Assembly: GCF_009914755.1 (NCBI RefSeq)
Contig: NC_060943.1
Direction: 5' to 3' (one strand)
Length of the DNA: 64,000 bases
Source of the DNA: the human T2T-CHM13v2.0 reference genome, Homo sapiens
Below the pieces are notes generated by a model. That model was not told the DNA's origin and did no database searches. It saw nothing but the letters and a program-made list of their open reading frames with translations. Made by a program: the position numbers and the translations under genes. The stretch's first letter is position 1; each line of letters begins with the position of its first letter. Shown here piece after piece: positions 1-29,015 of this stretch.

Positions 1-263
1 CGTTAGTCTGGCTTAGTGAAACAATAGCGCAAAGAAAGCAATCAGATATGCATTTGTCTCAGGTGAGCAGAGGGGTAATTTTTGAGTTCTGTCTGTCCTT
101 TGTACACAGGGATTTTTTTTGTGGGCAAATTGTGAGGGTTGTCTGTAGCCTTTTTCTCTTCATAGTTATCTTATTTGGAAATAGAATGGGAGGCAAGTTC
201 CCAGATTGGCTTTTCCTTTTGGCCTGGTGATTTGGGGGTCCAGAGATTCATTTTCCTTTCATA
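1..263 (-). mobile_element. MER4-family LTR (3' LTR, truncated by window edge)
   Basis: Reverse complement starts TATGAAAGGAAAATGAATCTCTGGACCCCCAAATCAC, a MER4-type LTR start. Preceded by polypurine tract AAAAGGGAAGAAA (264-276). Confidence 0.8.
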
Positions 264-2006
264 TTTCTTCCCTTTTCTTTTTAAAATCTTTCAGAGAAAG
301 CATTTTAGAAAAAAATAAGTCATTGGTTTCAGATTTTGCCTGATCTCTTACGGCTAGAACAGTTTATTCCGAGAAGGGTAGGTCCCACATTATTAGGAAA
401 GATCATTTTTAGCAGGTTGTGAAGTCTCACATCCTTCAAAGAGAAGCAGGGAAAGGAAGAAAGAAAAACAATAAAAACAAAAAAAGCAAGAATAATTTTG
501 GAAAATCAATATAGGTCATATTACTCTGAAGTCTTTACATCAATAGGCAGGTATAAAGGTAGTTTATGTATTTAAATAAGTTGTTTTCTTTTTTTCGAAG
601 TTTAAGTTTGTCTGGCTTCAGTTTGCAGGGCTTTAAGAAAGCACAACTTAGGTTTTAGTTATTTGAAATCAGAAAAAAAAATGAAAAAAGAAACAAAAAA
701 AGGAAAAAAATGTTTGAGACTTGTAGCCAGGGACATTGTAGAATTTAGTCCAAACTGTAAAAAGTAATAAAAATTGCAAAAAAAATCAGTTAAGACCAGA
801 AACTAACTACAGGTGTACTAGAGTTTATTCTGACACAGAATTTTTCTCTCTTTAGTCCCATTTTCACTAAAGACAAATCATAGGACGAACTCACTTGTAA
901 AATAAGTTTTAGTCTTATTATACTTAGCCAGAGAATTTGAATCAAGTCAGCAAGAATAATTATTTCCCTTATAGGCTCCACTTTTTTTCTTATATTGGCC
1001 TTGCTGGAACTTTATTTTATTATGGAAGCTCCGATTCAACTTCAATGTCTTAAGCCCATCGTGTGCCTGCAAATACCTGTATTAGTGGGGTGAATATCTC
1101 ACCTCATTTAAAGAATTTAAAATTGTATTAGTCTTCTTCAGGCTTCAGAAGCAATGCTAGGCTTCTGACCAATACATAAGCTCATGTGGGCTAAGCATCT
1201 ACATGGAGAGTAAACACCCATCAGTCATGAGAAACTTCAAATAAGACAGGGCGTATGCTATAGAACTTCTCAAAACTTGGGAATCTGACCAATTCTCTGT
1301 GTTTCAGAACATCCTGAGACACAAACTAAAAGATTAAGCATTATTGACTAAATCTTGAAGGCTGCACATTTGAATGCTAGCTGACAATGTCAGCCACTGG
1401 CCCGATAATGTAAGCTGGCAGCCTCCTACTGCTCTCTTGAAGTCTCACCTGTAGAGTAGATGCACTACCCAGGGATTCTTCTAACTGGAACTCCAGATGG
1501 CTGTTTTTTGGAACTTCCCAGCACTGCTTGATCTGGATGTAGGTATCCTCCCGAACTTGGTGAATATATATGTGTATATACGTACATATTTTCCTTTTCT
1601 CCCACTTTAGCCTTTGCTAAGTTTACCATTATACTGTTTTACTACATTAATCATTAAACTTTTCTCCTAACTGCATTTGAGTGTAATATTGTGGTTTCTT
1701 TTGCTCATGAATCCTCAAACCTATGATGAAAGTAAATCTTTCAGCAAAACACCCCCAGGTTACAAAAAACTTGGGCTCCTTGGCCTGTCAGAAAGTGGAA
1801 TTCTTTACTTACCACAGGTAAGGAACCTGCACAGGAACTGTGTAGAAGAGGTGTAAGGCCAGCTTGTTCGAAGAGCTTATATTATTTCTATAAGCCAACT
1901 ATGATACCTTAAAGGGGTCTGTATCTGAAAGCATGCCATTCCAGGCAATACCTTGGTAAAACAACCAGTGTCTCCAATTGTGTTCTGTTACAAAAAAAAA
2001 AATAGA

Positions 2007-2300
2007 TTTTTTTTTGAGACAGTGTCTTGCTTTGTCACCATGGCTGGAATGCATTGGTGCAATCTCAGCTCACTGCAACCTCTGGCTCTTGCACTTAGGT
2101 GATCCTCCCACCTCAGCTCCCAAGCAGCTGGGACTACAGGTGAGTGCCATCATGCCTGGCAAATTTTTATATATTTTTTGGTAGACAGGGGGCATCTCAT
2201 AATGTTGCCCGGACTGGTCTTGAACTCCTGGGCTCAAGCAATTCACCCAACTCAGCCTTTCAACGGGCTGGGATTTACAGTTGTGAGCCATTGCACCCAG
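2007..2300 (-). mobile_element. Alu (AluJ-like)
   Basis: Poly-T followed by reverse Alu body with J-type CTCCTGGGCTCAAGCAAT. Confidence 0.9.
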
Positions 2301-2369
2301 TAAGAAAATAGATTTTTATTGCACTTAATGCAAATAACTATATTGTTATAAGTTAAGAATATTCACAAC

Positions 2370-2665
2370 AGGGCACAGTGGCTCATGCCTGTAATTCTAG
2401 CGCTTTAGGAGGCCGAGGTGGGTGGATCACAAGGTCAGGAGATTGAGACCATCCTGACCAACATGGTGAAACTCTGTCTCTACTAAAAATACAAAAATTA
2501 GCTGGGCGTGGTGGCGCATGTTAGTTATCCCAGCTACTCAGGAGGCTGACGCAGGAGAATCGCTTGAACCAGGGAGTCAGAGGTTGCAGTGAGCCAAGAT
2601 TGCACCACTGCACTCCAGCCTAGTGACAGAGCAAGGCTCCACCTCAAAAAAAAAAAAAAAAAAAA
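2370..2665 (+). mobile_element. Alu (AluS)
   Basis: GGGCACAGTGGCTCATGCCTGTAAT through to poly-A. Confidence 0.93.
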
Positions 2666-3321
2666 GGGAATACTCACAACTAGTTTTCAAATTTTGGAGA
2701 AATCAGGTGGAGAGAATTATGCTCCAAATTTTGTTTATAATAATATATTTTACTCAATCTAATTCTCTGTTCAAGTTGCCAAGAACCTGGACACCCTCCA
2801 CTAGTAACACTTCCTCTATGCTGCATAACTTTTGTAGTACAGAGTTGTATGTCTTTTAAATAATCTACATTATCTGACTTTTTCCATGATACATTTTGTA
2901 TTTTGTATCCAGTTGGAAAAGCATTTTTATTATCTGTGCAAATAAATATATTCTCACTTATTTTCAGCTGATAACCTTAGCCACATATTTTTAAAATATT
3001 TTTTAATTATCTGTAAGATGATATAATAATCTTACTTTATATGTTCTGAGTGAACATGTAAGTATCTGGACACTATGTAATCAACTAATTTTTATAATAC
3101 ATTTCAAATGCTTCTTTTATCAGACACTCTACTTATTTTAAATGCATCCTTTTAAAATACATTCTATGAATGGATAAAAAATGACCAGATGTCATAAATA
3201 TATGCGAAGGTAAATGTAAATGCAAATACACATCTGTTTAGACAATGCTGCTTTCAAAATCACAGAGAATGGCCACTTTTTAACCTTTTATTGTAATTAA
3301 ATAAAATAACAGATTTTCCTT

Positions 3322-3618
<297 letters not shown>

Positions 3619-3795
3619 TAGGGGTTTTAAAAAGCCCCCCGGGTGATTTTTACATGCTGGCTGGAGTAAAAACAATTGGTTCAGGGTGGGGGATGCTTTC
3701 ACTGTGTGTGATTTCCATGTGTACTGCAGAGATTTGTCCCATGGCAGCTTCTGACTTTGGGGTCTTGAAAAGCAGCTCTGGCATTTTAAAAATCA

Positions 3796-4063
<268 letters not shown>

Positions 4064-4162
4064 TAGTCACTTGATTTCAAGTTAAGAGGTTGTTTCAGGC
4101 AAAGTACTTTTAGTAAGTGTTGAAAATCATAAATAGCCTACAAATATCAAACCTGGTTTAAC

Positions 4163-4781
<619 letters not shown>

Positions 4782-4969
4782 CTATTTTGAGCTTTTGACA
4801 TAATTGCCAGGCTTCCCGAAATCAAATTTCAGCTTAAAAATTGTCTTCTTTTTGACCCTTAACTTTTGGGTGCTACAGAGCACCAACGCAGCATCTAAAA
4901 CAATGATAAACAGAATTACTTGGTATGTTTAATTACATGGGAAGCATTGTCAAATTAAAAACACTTTTT

Positions 4970-5273
4970 GGGTCAGGTGTGGTGGCTCATGCCTGTAATC
5001 CTAGCACTTTGGGAGGCTCAGGCAGGTGGATCACTTGAGGTCAGGAGTTTGAGATCAGCCTGGCCAATGTGGTGAAACCCTGTCTCTACTAAAAATACCA
5101 AAATTAGCTGGGCATGGTGGCCCGCTCCTGTAATCCCAGCTACTCAGGAGGCCGAGGCAGGAGAATCGCTTGAACTCAGTACCTGGAGGTTGCAGTGAGC
5201 TGAGATTTTCCCACTGCACTCCAGCCTGGGTGACAGAGCTAGAGTTCCTCTAAAAAAAAAAAAAAAAAAAAAA
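4970..5273 (+). mobile_element. Alu (AluS)
   Basis: Full dimer with poly-A. Confidence 0.92.
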
Positions 5274-6508
5274 CCCAAGAATTAAATAAAAATGATGTTT
5301 GACCTTCAACTTATATTTTAATAAATATGTGATTAATATTTATATCAAAATCATATGAAATTTCAAAAATTTTATGTATCTGAGTATATTATAGTAGTCA
5401 TAATTGTGATTTTGATAAATTATTGTAGGCCACAGATATAATCAATTTTTGTTTCTTTATAACCATTTTAAGTTATTTCCACAGTTAATGGTTTAATTCT
5501 GATGTAGTTTCTAAAAACCTCAAAAGCTTGCAAAATCCTAGAGTATTATGTCTTTAAGGAGGTTCATGAAAAGTTGGAAAAGGCCCACACAAATTGAGTA
5601 CAGGTTTCTGACCATTTTAGGATCATATTATTTATTCTGGTAAGGCTTGTGAGAATTCTAATAAACAGACCAATTCTTATAAAACTGCTAACCTAGGCAA
5701 ATCAAAAGTATTTGAATATTAGGAAAATACTCTGTGTAAAATAATGTGGCAGAGTATTTTAAGATATTATGCTAAAACAGCCTGTACAAAAATTTTTTAG
5801 ATATACCATTTTAGTAAACTCTGTGGTCTAAGTCAAACTACCTATGATAACCCCTCAGTTATCAGAGCTATGCTCCTAAATTGGAGAAACAAACCTAGTA
5901 TTTAAGAGGACATAAATTTAATGTTAAGTGTGGACTCATTAAGAACCTAGACAGCCAACAGCCACTTACTCATTCCTGAGTTCTTAAAACTTCCATTCTT
6001 AACAGCTCTGCATTCCATTACTCATCACAGAAGAGATAAAATAATCTAAATTGAATATAAATTAAGTGTGTGTGGTGATTATTCTATAATAAATTACGAA
6101 AATAGGTTAAGACCAATGTTTTCTTATCAAACATTTAATCCTGAGAAGACAATCAAAACTTCATGTATGTTTCTGCTACCTGATGGGCCATTTAATCATG
6201 GTTACAAAAATTTTATTCAATTATCATTTTTAATACATATTTTCTGGTAATATAAAAGCTTTCTTATGCAAGAAAACTGATGTTATAACAGTAGCTAAAA
6301 GGATATAAATAAATACATTTTTCTCATGGAACATTTCTGAAAAAGCCTCCAATGATAAAGATGTTTATTTCACTAGACAAATTGTAAAACTGTTACATAA
6401 GGAATTACAGATACAATAGTATTGTGCAAAGCTAACTACATTGACTGGATTGCTTTTGTAATTGCAGATTGATGACAATCAGATCCACTGAGAGAGGAAA
6501 AAATATGT

Positions 6509-6843
<335 letters not shown>

Positions 6844-6884
6844 CTAATAAAAGCTCATGTATCTTCTGCTACTGAAGTCCAGTG

Positions 6885-7292
6885 TTTTTTGTTTTTTTTT
6901 TTTAATTTACTTTAAGTTCTGGGATACATGTGCAGAATGTGCAGGTTTGTTACATAGGTATATGTGTGCCATGGTGGTCTGCTGCACCTATTGACCCATC
7001 TTCTAAGTTTTGCACCCTTGCCCCCAACCTCCCAACAGGCCTTGGTGTGTGTTGTTCCCCTTCCTGTGTCCATGTGTTCTCATTGTTAAACTCTCACTTA
7101 TGAATGAGAACATGAGGTGTTTGGTTTTCTCTTCCTGTGTTTGTTTGCTGAGGATGAGACCTTCCAGCTTCATCCATGTCCCTGTAAAGGATATTATCTC
7201 ATTCTTTTTTATGGCTATGTAGTATTCCATGGTGTATGTGTACCACATTTTCTTTATCCAGTCTATCATTGATGGGCATTTGGGTTTTCCAT
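6885..7292 (-). mobile_element. L1PA 3' end (5'-truncated)
   Basis: Poly-T followed by TTTAAGTTCTGGGATACATGTGCAGAATGTGCAGG. ORF2 C-terminus DWIKKMWYTYTMEYY in ORF 7003-7269. Confidence 0.93.
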
Positions 7293-7302
7293 GAAAGTCT
7301 AA

Positions 7303-7602
<300 letters not shown>

Positions 7603-7905
7603 AGAAGTCTAATATAGCATATTTTCACCAAGTGAAGAAAGTCTTGAACAGTCTATTGACTGAGGATAGTAGAACCCTTTATAATCTAGAATCCAGAGAC
7701 TGAGTCTTACTGCCATCTACCCTGAAGCAAGACTTCAAGACCTTGAACATTGGGTTCATAGTCTCACAACTTAGAAGGGCCTATCCAAACTCTTTCAATT
7801 GTAAACTCATAGGAGATCTTAAGCAAAGGTAAGCAGGAAAGTTTCTCCTCAAAAGAAGATAGCAATCTTGATCTAGACAGCTTTCTTTATAAGATCAAAA
7901 ATCAA

Positions 7906-8390
<485 letters not shown>

Positions 8391-9113
8391 ATCAAGACAT
8401 CTCTGCTATCATAGCAGAGTTTGTTCACAGTTTTCTAATGGCTCTACAAACAACAGAAATAAAAAAGGAATCTCTTGTATGCACTCATGGGGTATACTCA
8501 TAGGTAGAGAATTTTGCTGACAACATTATATATAACAAAACTTTTGCCTTGATAGGTAAAAGATGAAGAGCTAATGTGGGTGAGAAGTTTTAATGAAACA
8601 TTTGTTGCCTCATAATTTCAGAAAAAGAATATCGATCCACTGCTTTAAACTTACTTCATAAGTTAAAAATAACTTCTTCAGAATGGGTTAAAGAGCATTG
8701 CCAGCAGGCCATTACTCTTCTGAATGGGCATCATTTGTTAGATCATTTTTTCCATGGCTTAGCATAAATGAAGCAATGGTAAGAAATTTATCCCCAAAAA
8801 TAGGGCTCTATAGCAGATTCTAATGTAAAGACTATGGTTACGCAACAGGTGTTAAATGTTGTTACTAAAGTTGTGCTAAATAATAGAATTTCTTTTGATT
8901 ACTTACTGGATAAACAGAGAACTACCTGTGCTGTTGCTGATACTTGTAGTTGCACATGGTAGAATACATTGGGTATTACAAAGATGCAATTGTAGGGGAT
9001 TAATGAACAGGCTGCTTGGTTGAAATGAGATCATTTATCTAGCTAATTATTTAATCTATTGAATTTTAGTTGGTTGTTCATGGGGACCCTGGCTAAGAAG
9101 CATGGTTTCAACA

Positions 9114-9413
<300 letters not shown>

Positions 9414-9723
9414 TGGTTTCAACTCTTGGTATTATCCTCCTGAAAATCAAAATAGTAGTCTCCCTACTGCACCGTATTCTCTCAAAAGTTCTAAAGGTTT
9501 GCATACAGTCATCTCTAGAATGTCAAATGGTGTCTTTTTAATGGGAATGACAGAAACTCAAAGACATATGTGACTATGAAGACACCATAACCTGTGAATA
9601 ACATTATAAGGACAAAAACCCTAAATAATGGAAATTGAGAGTGGCACTAAGGCCCTGAGTTTTGGTCACACTCTGACCTACGTAAGAACTTTACCAAAAA
9701 GGGAGAGTTTTAAAAACAAAGTT

Positions 9724-11190
<1,467 letters not shown>

Positions 11191-11544
11191 CCAGCTCAAA
11201 AAAAAAAATAATTATGGGAGCCACCACAAAAATATTAAAGAATTTAATCAAAGAGAGTTGTTCAAAAATTATAGAGCACCCCTATGGGTTGTAGTTTGTG
11301 GTCCATTGCAGGGGCTTTAAGAAAAGACTTTTATAAAGTGCATGATGAAAAAATCCAAATTCAGTAATCAGATATAGTTACGTAGTTTCCTAATTTCCAC
11401 CTTGAGCCTACAAATTTCCTGGTTATGCAATCAAAGCTTAATTGGCAGATTATAGTTGGTTAAACTTGAATTTTGTTTCCTCTAATGTAGTAATTTATAA
11501 AAAATCGAACTCATTTGAGTTCGATTTTTTTTTAAATAGGAATC

Positions 11545-16322
<4,778 letters not shown>

Positions 16323-16369
16323 TACATATACACCCATGCATTTTTTAGAACACTTTTCTCTCTTCTGCT

Positions 16370-17149
16370 TTTTTGTTTTTGAGATGGAGTCTCACTCTGT
16401 CGTCCAGGCTGGAGTGCAGTGGTGCGTTCTCGGCTATTTTTTATGTTTTTAGTAGAGACAAGGTATCACCGCGTTAGCCAGGATGGTCTCGATTTCCTGA
16501 CCTCTTGATCCGCCTGACTCGGCCTCCCAAAGTGCTGGGATTACAGGCGTAAGCCACCACGCCCGGATATAAGCATTCTTTCAAGTGCACACACGGTATG
16601 CCCAAGGCTGCTTCTTAGATGTCTGAATACAGTGTCTAATTAAATTCAGATGTCCAAGAGTTTAAGAACATGTCCAGAGACTTGGCTGTTGTAGGAGAAA
16701 ATATAAATTAGAAATAAGAAGCTTTATTCTGTTAACTGAAAATAAGGGAGGATATTGTGTTTCTCTCTTTTCTTAAAGCATTTAGATTATATGTACATAT
16801 TTTTCTCTGCTTTTAAAAAATATTTGTAAATCTTTTTTGTTGTTGTTTGTTTTGTTTTGTTTTTTGAAATGGAGTCTTGCTCTGTCGCCCAGGCTGGGGT
16901 GCAGTGGCACAATCTCAGCTCACTGCAGCCAATCTCTGTCTCCCAGGTTTAATCAATTCTCTGCTTCAGCCTCCCAGTACCTGGGATTACAGGCACCCGC
17001 CACCACGCCCGGCTAATTGTTTTGTATTTTTAGTAGAGACGGGGTTTCACCATCTTGGCCAGGTTGGTCTTGAACTCCTGACCTTGTGATCCACCAGCCC
17101 TGGCCTCCCAAAGTGCTGGGATTACAGGCGTGAGCCACTGCACCTGGCC
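16370..17149 (-). mobile_element. Two Alus (16370-16567 internally deleted AluY-like; 16833-17149)
   Basis: The first is deleted between CGGCT microhomologies. The second has TSD AATATTTGTAAATC. Both are absent from copy 2. Confidence 0.88.
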
Positions 17150-17263
17150 AATATTTGTAAATCATATTTACAGCTAGATCAATCTTGTGGTTTTTTGTTT
17201 TGTTTTGTTTTTTACTCAGAATCGTCTTAATTGAGAACCACAGAACCATTGCTTTGTTTTTGC

Positions 17264-19540
<2,277 letters not shown>

Positions 19541-19544
19541 TTTA

Positions 19545-19953
19545 AAATATAAATAGCCAAAAAGATAACACCCTATTCAACCATTTCTGTAGGAGAGTGG
19601 GAGCCTACCTTCAGCAGGCACCTGGCTTCAAGTTGCAAAATTACCTCCTGTTATGAAGATGTGAAAAGTTTATTTTGTCATTGAATATAACCAATTAGCA
19701 TACACGGATGGCCTTGCCAATTACCAGCGGAATTTAGGATGAACTACGTATGACATGGTGCTGTAAATTTTTCTACTTGTGGACTAACTATGGTGACTGT
19801 CTTTCTGTCTTTGCAATCTGTTGAGCAGATTGACTGTGATGCGTGTCACATTCAGGTTAAATTGTGTAATAAAACAGTTTTCTTTCTGTTCTCTCATTTT
19901 GGAGATTTTCTGGGGCTGGAGAAAATTTTTCTTTTAATTATATTTTCCATACA
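19545..19953 (+). mobile_element. LTR-like element (MER92-like); paralogous copy ~29015-29445
   Basis: CCAAT box, AATAAA at ~19868, ends in CA. Family name is from recall. Confidence 0.4.
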
Positions 19954-20417
19954 CTGTCTAGAATTAGCAGACATGATATAAACACATGCCAACCAAGCTT
20001 TACTCTAGAGAGGATTTTTCCTCTCAGGCTTCCAGTCAGCTCATACATTTCTACAAACTTCACAGGATGGCAATCAACCATTTCACCTCTTTCAGTGACT
20101 CTTGTATCTTCAGACCTGAAACTAATTCAGAGACCAGGGGGCCCAGAAACCCAATCAGAGTAACATGTGAGTGTTGAGTAGACATGTAGATATGAGAATC
20201 TCCACTTTCCCCTTCCTCCTATTGCTAAAATACCCACAAATATGCAAATAACACCTGCTGAAGCTCCAAATTCTAAATCTAGGTCTTGAGATTTGGAAAA
20301 CAAAAAAAAAAACAAAAAACCTTTCATCTGAGGAATGCAAGTTCTTTTAGTTGTCAAACTCAGAGAGACATTAAAATGACAACACAGTTTTGTCTTTTTC
20401 CCATCTTTAAATTATGT

Positions 20418-20715
<298 letters not shown>

Positions 20716-20719
20716 CTGA

Positions 20720-21073
20720 ATTATGTATTTATCTCTTAAAACTGTTAGCTACTGCCACCAATAGCTATAAATTAAACTAATAATGCCACACTGGACACTA
20801 TAACCATACTCTAAATTTTAACGATGTATATCCAATCAATAATCAATGTCATTTCTGTAAATTAATGAAAATTTCTGATAAACAATTTTATATCAGCCAT
20901 CTCTCTGTCCTTCTCTTTTTGCCTTTTCGGATCGACTTATAACTGCTCCTAATCAAAGTGTAGATGACCTGCAACTTGAAGGTTTGCTCCCAGGTTACAA
21001 TCCTCAAGCTTTGCCTCAATAAACTGTCTACTTATATTCATGTTGCCTTAGCTTTATTTCTTTTAGGTAGACA
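20720..21073 (+). mobile_element. ERV1 LTR 3' portion (MER87/MER31-like); paralogue ~30035-30381
   Basis: CCTCAAGCTTTGCCTCAATAAAC...TTTAGGTAGACA, an LTR-type R/U5 end. Confidence 0.45.
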
Positions 21074-21626
21074 TATCATTTAGAACGTGCTAAAGCAGCC
21101 TCTATAAAGGGATCTTTCCTTTGATTGTACTCTGCTTGCTGTAACACCCAAGAATGAAAAGCCAGGTTGATCCCACCTAGAATCTGTAAATAAGGTCTGG
21201 CGTCTTCCTGGAATTTATAAGATAAGGCCAGACTTTGAATTGAGAATGTAGAAAAAACCAACAAGAGACATTTTCTGCATTGTCAGATGTCAACATAGAC
21301 ATCTTAAAGTTCCCCTTTGAGAATGTGATTCTTTCAGCTTCTCAGATCTTGTCCGGTGACATGCTACAGTTATGTAAGGGGCATCAGGTATAAATAGAAT
21401 CTGATGGCAGAATATGTAAGTGTGAACAAGTATCTTCAGAGTGAGAGATCAAGATGATAATGTATCCAGAGCCATAACCAAAACTATACCTACCTATAAA
21501 ATGTGGGACTGGAGTAGAATATTCCTGTTCTTCCTCTTACCTAAGAGCTAGATAATCAGGACAGGTGATCCAGATTCTCGAGCTTCTCCAGGGCAGTTTA
21601 ATTTTTTATTTAGAATTAGCCTGAGT

Positions 21627-21929
<303 letters not shown>

Positions 21930-24504
21930 CTAATTAGCTTGAGTCTCTCCTGCCTGGCTTATCATTGGGCCATCAGCCCAGGGTCACTGGGAACTCTCAC
22001 AATCAGCTGGGTGTCTTTGAGACATTTGAGCACGTCCGGAGCAGAATTGTGCCAGGTTAACAAAAGTGGTTAATTCTGCTTGTCTCAGTGTAAAAATTGA
22101 GTCATCCTGTGTTTGCTCCTTCCCTCACACAAGAGATGACTTTGGTGGGTACCCAGATGAGAGTTTCTCCAGTTTTCTGGTACTTGGGTGAAAAACAACC
22201 AGGATGTCTGGAGACTCAAACGAATAAACTAATTGCTTTTATTTCATATGGCCATTAGAAAAATAGATGAAGCAGTCATAGTTCCTACCATCCAGGAACT
22301 TTTAGTCTAGACTAGCACCTGAATAAAGGGTTGAAGTAAGCATCGTATGGTTGATACAATGAACAGATGTGTGCAAAAAACCTTGGGCTTTATCTGGGCC
22401 CCTTTCTTTATCTTGTAGTGACTTCTTATGTCATCAACTAAAGGGATATTTATGAAAAGAAGAGTTGTTATTATTACATGCATTTCTATTACCTAAGAAT
22501 ATATATTTATCTTCTAATAATTACCCTAGAAAGCCTTACGATATTTATTTAAATTGCTTATTAGTATGCATTATATAATCGACAGGGCAGTGGCTAAAAA
22601 AAAATTATATAAACTCTGAGATATAAGTTTCTCTTAGGCAAGCTTAGGGAAACACAACTGGAAATACCCCAGTGGCACAGAGAACAGAATTCTACATAAG
22701 GTCCACTCCCTGCCCAGTTCTGTTCAGATTCACTCTATTTGAGGGTCTTATTTAGATCTGGCCCCACTCTGGAGTCTTGCCTCACAGAACTGATTGGAAG
22801 AGATCAGAGTTTTGGCTGGTGAATCCTGCTGCCTTTCTAAAGCTGGTACTCACAATTTTCTGCACCCCGAAGGAGATAAATGGGAAAAATAAAGTATATA
22901 TTTTAAGGTCTTCATTTTTAAATTTTCTATTAAATCAGTGCTTGCAGAGACATTCCATTTAGCAACTTGTTTTCTATTCCTGCAGATTCAGTAGTTGCTC
23001 CACAAGTCACAAAAAAGCAAATATAAACCACAATAAAAGTTTCTCTAAACTGCATTAAACTTTTCTGTATTCCAGTCATCTGTCTACATTTAGCTTTTAT
23101 TGTATACATTTTCTTTAAAAAACCAAGAACAGAAACAGAAGATGAAATACATATGCTGGGCCCTTAACCTAATGCTGGGAATTATCAAACACTTAGTACC
23201 AACTCCCAGTGTGTTATGAGGATTAAATCACATAATGCATTATTTCTAGCGCAGTGCTCTGCAACATACTCTTGCTTACCTAGTACCTGCTTAGTAAACA
23301 TTGCATTAGTCCATGTGTACATGTTGTTTTCCAAATGCAGGCTTATTCAGGCACTGCTACCTTTTGTTGCCTCTGTAAACTTTAAAGAGCCAGCGAAGAA
23401 TTTGATGCTTTAGGATGGAGATTAGTTGTCTTCATTTGTGCCAGAAGTATTTGTGTTGTGACAACAGTGCCAAGTATAAGGGACTCTGTGCTGTGCCTGC
23501 TTTCTCTAACTAATGCTAATAATGAGCCTGGGGGAGCATCATCCGCATTGACAGGGGACTTATTTAAAACACACATTCATGTACTCTTTGAAAACCTGAA
23601 GAATCACATTACACAGAAAGAGATTAAAATTACCGAGTGGTTTATAAACTCATTAAAGCTTGAGAGACAATGCTTAGCTAAGTGGTTATAAACCCAGGGT
23701 TCTATTAGTTTGGTGCAAAAGTTATTACAGTTTCTGCCATTGTAATTAATGTGGATTACTTAGATGTGGATACTCAGATTACATGGCCAATTCACAGAAA
23801 TATCTTTGCTCGTGCCCTTTCCACGGGTTCTTTTTATTGTTGGACACATCCATGTTGTTTTAATTAAGAGCCTCATGTGATTCTAAGGTGAGGCCAGAAT
23901 CACGTATGAGGGGTTGAAGATACACTCATGAGAGTTCAGTTTCACCTCTTTACTACAGGGTGATCATAGGGCCTGTTCTGTTTGGTTTTGGTATGGACAG
24001 GGCAGTGTGGCCCATATTTTCATTACTGTAGCAGAGATTGTTGGTATCTGTGCCAGGGAAGGGCACCTAAGACAGGAAAGGAGAAACACATATTTCTATA
24101 ATCATGGAGCAACTAATTGTTCCTGAATTTTTCATGTTATAAAGGACAGAAATGGGTGGACTTTTTCAGCGGGTCTTGGTACTTCTGCCTGTGGGTGTGG
24201 TGGTAGCAGGTAAACAGGTGGTGCTGACACCTTTAAAGGCATATTCTCAAGATGCAGGTCTAATTTGTCCAGAGAATCTCAACTGAAAAGGAATCCCAGG
24301 GAAGGAGGAGATACGGAAAAAATATGCCTTTTTTTAAGCTAAACACGTCTCAGATCAAGAGCTGTGTCCATTCTGCCTCCTGAAATTCCATGCGTTTAGT
24401 ACTTGCAAACCTTTACTTCTCTTCTTGTGTTTTTCCTCCCTAATGAGTTTAACTACTTTTTAAAAATTTTATTGATAGTCAAGGGTCTCTGAAAAATATT
24501 TCTT

Positions 24505-24823
24505 ATTTATTTATTTATTATTTTTATTTATTTATTTATTTTTTTAGAAGGAGTCTCGCTCTGACACCCAGGCTGGAGTGCAGTGGTGCGATCTCGGCTC
24601 ACCGCAAGCTCCGCCTCCCGGGTTCACGCCATTCTCTGCCTCAACCTCCCGAGTAGCTGGGACTACAAGCGCCTGCCACCACGACCGGCTAATTTTTGTA
24701 TTTTTAGTAGAGATAAGGTTTCACTGTGCTAGCCAGGATGGTCTCGATCTCCTGACCTCGTGATCCGCCCGTCTCGGCCTCCCAAAGTGTAGGGATTACC
24801 GTCGTGAGCCACCACGACCGGCC
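24505..24823 (-). mobile_element. AluY at the junction between the two modules
   Basis: Y diagnostics GCAAGCTCCGCCTCCCGGGTTCACGCCATTC and AGCCAGGATGGTCTCGATCTCCTGACCTCGTG. (TTTA)n tail. Confidence 0.92.
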
Positions 24824-24825
24824 CC

Positions 24826-26734
<1,909 letters not shown>

Positions 26735-27123
26735 TTATTTGCACCCATAAATTTATATAACACATTTTTCTCTTCTGCTTTTTTCCCCATAAACACAGTG
26801 TGCCCAAGGCTATTCCACAGATGTCTGAATTCATTGTCTACTGAAATTCCGACGTCTTGACAGTTCAACATGTTCCAGGACATGGCTGTTGTAGGAAAAA
26901 ATATGAATTAGAAATAAGAGGATTTATTCACATACCTTAAAATAAAGGAGAATATTTTGCTCTTCTCTCTTTTCTTATAGCATTTATATTATATGTAGAC
27001 AATTTTCTCTGTTTTTTTTGAAATATATGGAAGTCATATTAACAGCTAAATAAACCTTTTGGCATTCTTTTTTACTCGGGATTGTCTTTATCTAGGACCT
27101 TAGATTCATTGCTTGTTTTTGCT

Positions 27124-29015
<1,892 letters not shown>

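Larger units (their letters stand above)
264..2760 (-). mobile_element. MER4-int-like ERV1 internal sequence, interrupted by an unidentified ~650 bp insert (~1107-1758) and two Alus
   Basis: Contiguous with PPT and LTR. Recalled MER4-int motifs such as GGTAGGTCCCACATTATTAGGAAAG and CTCCTTGGCCTGTCAGAAAGTG. Confidence 0.65.
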
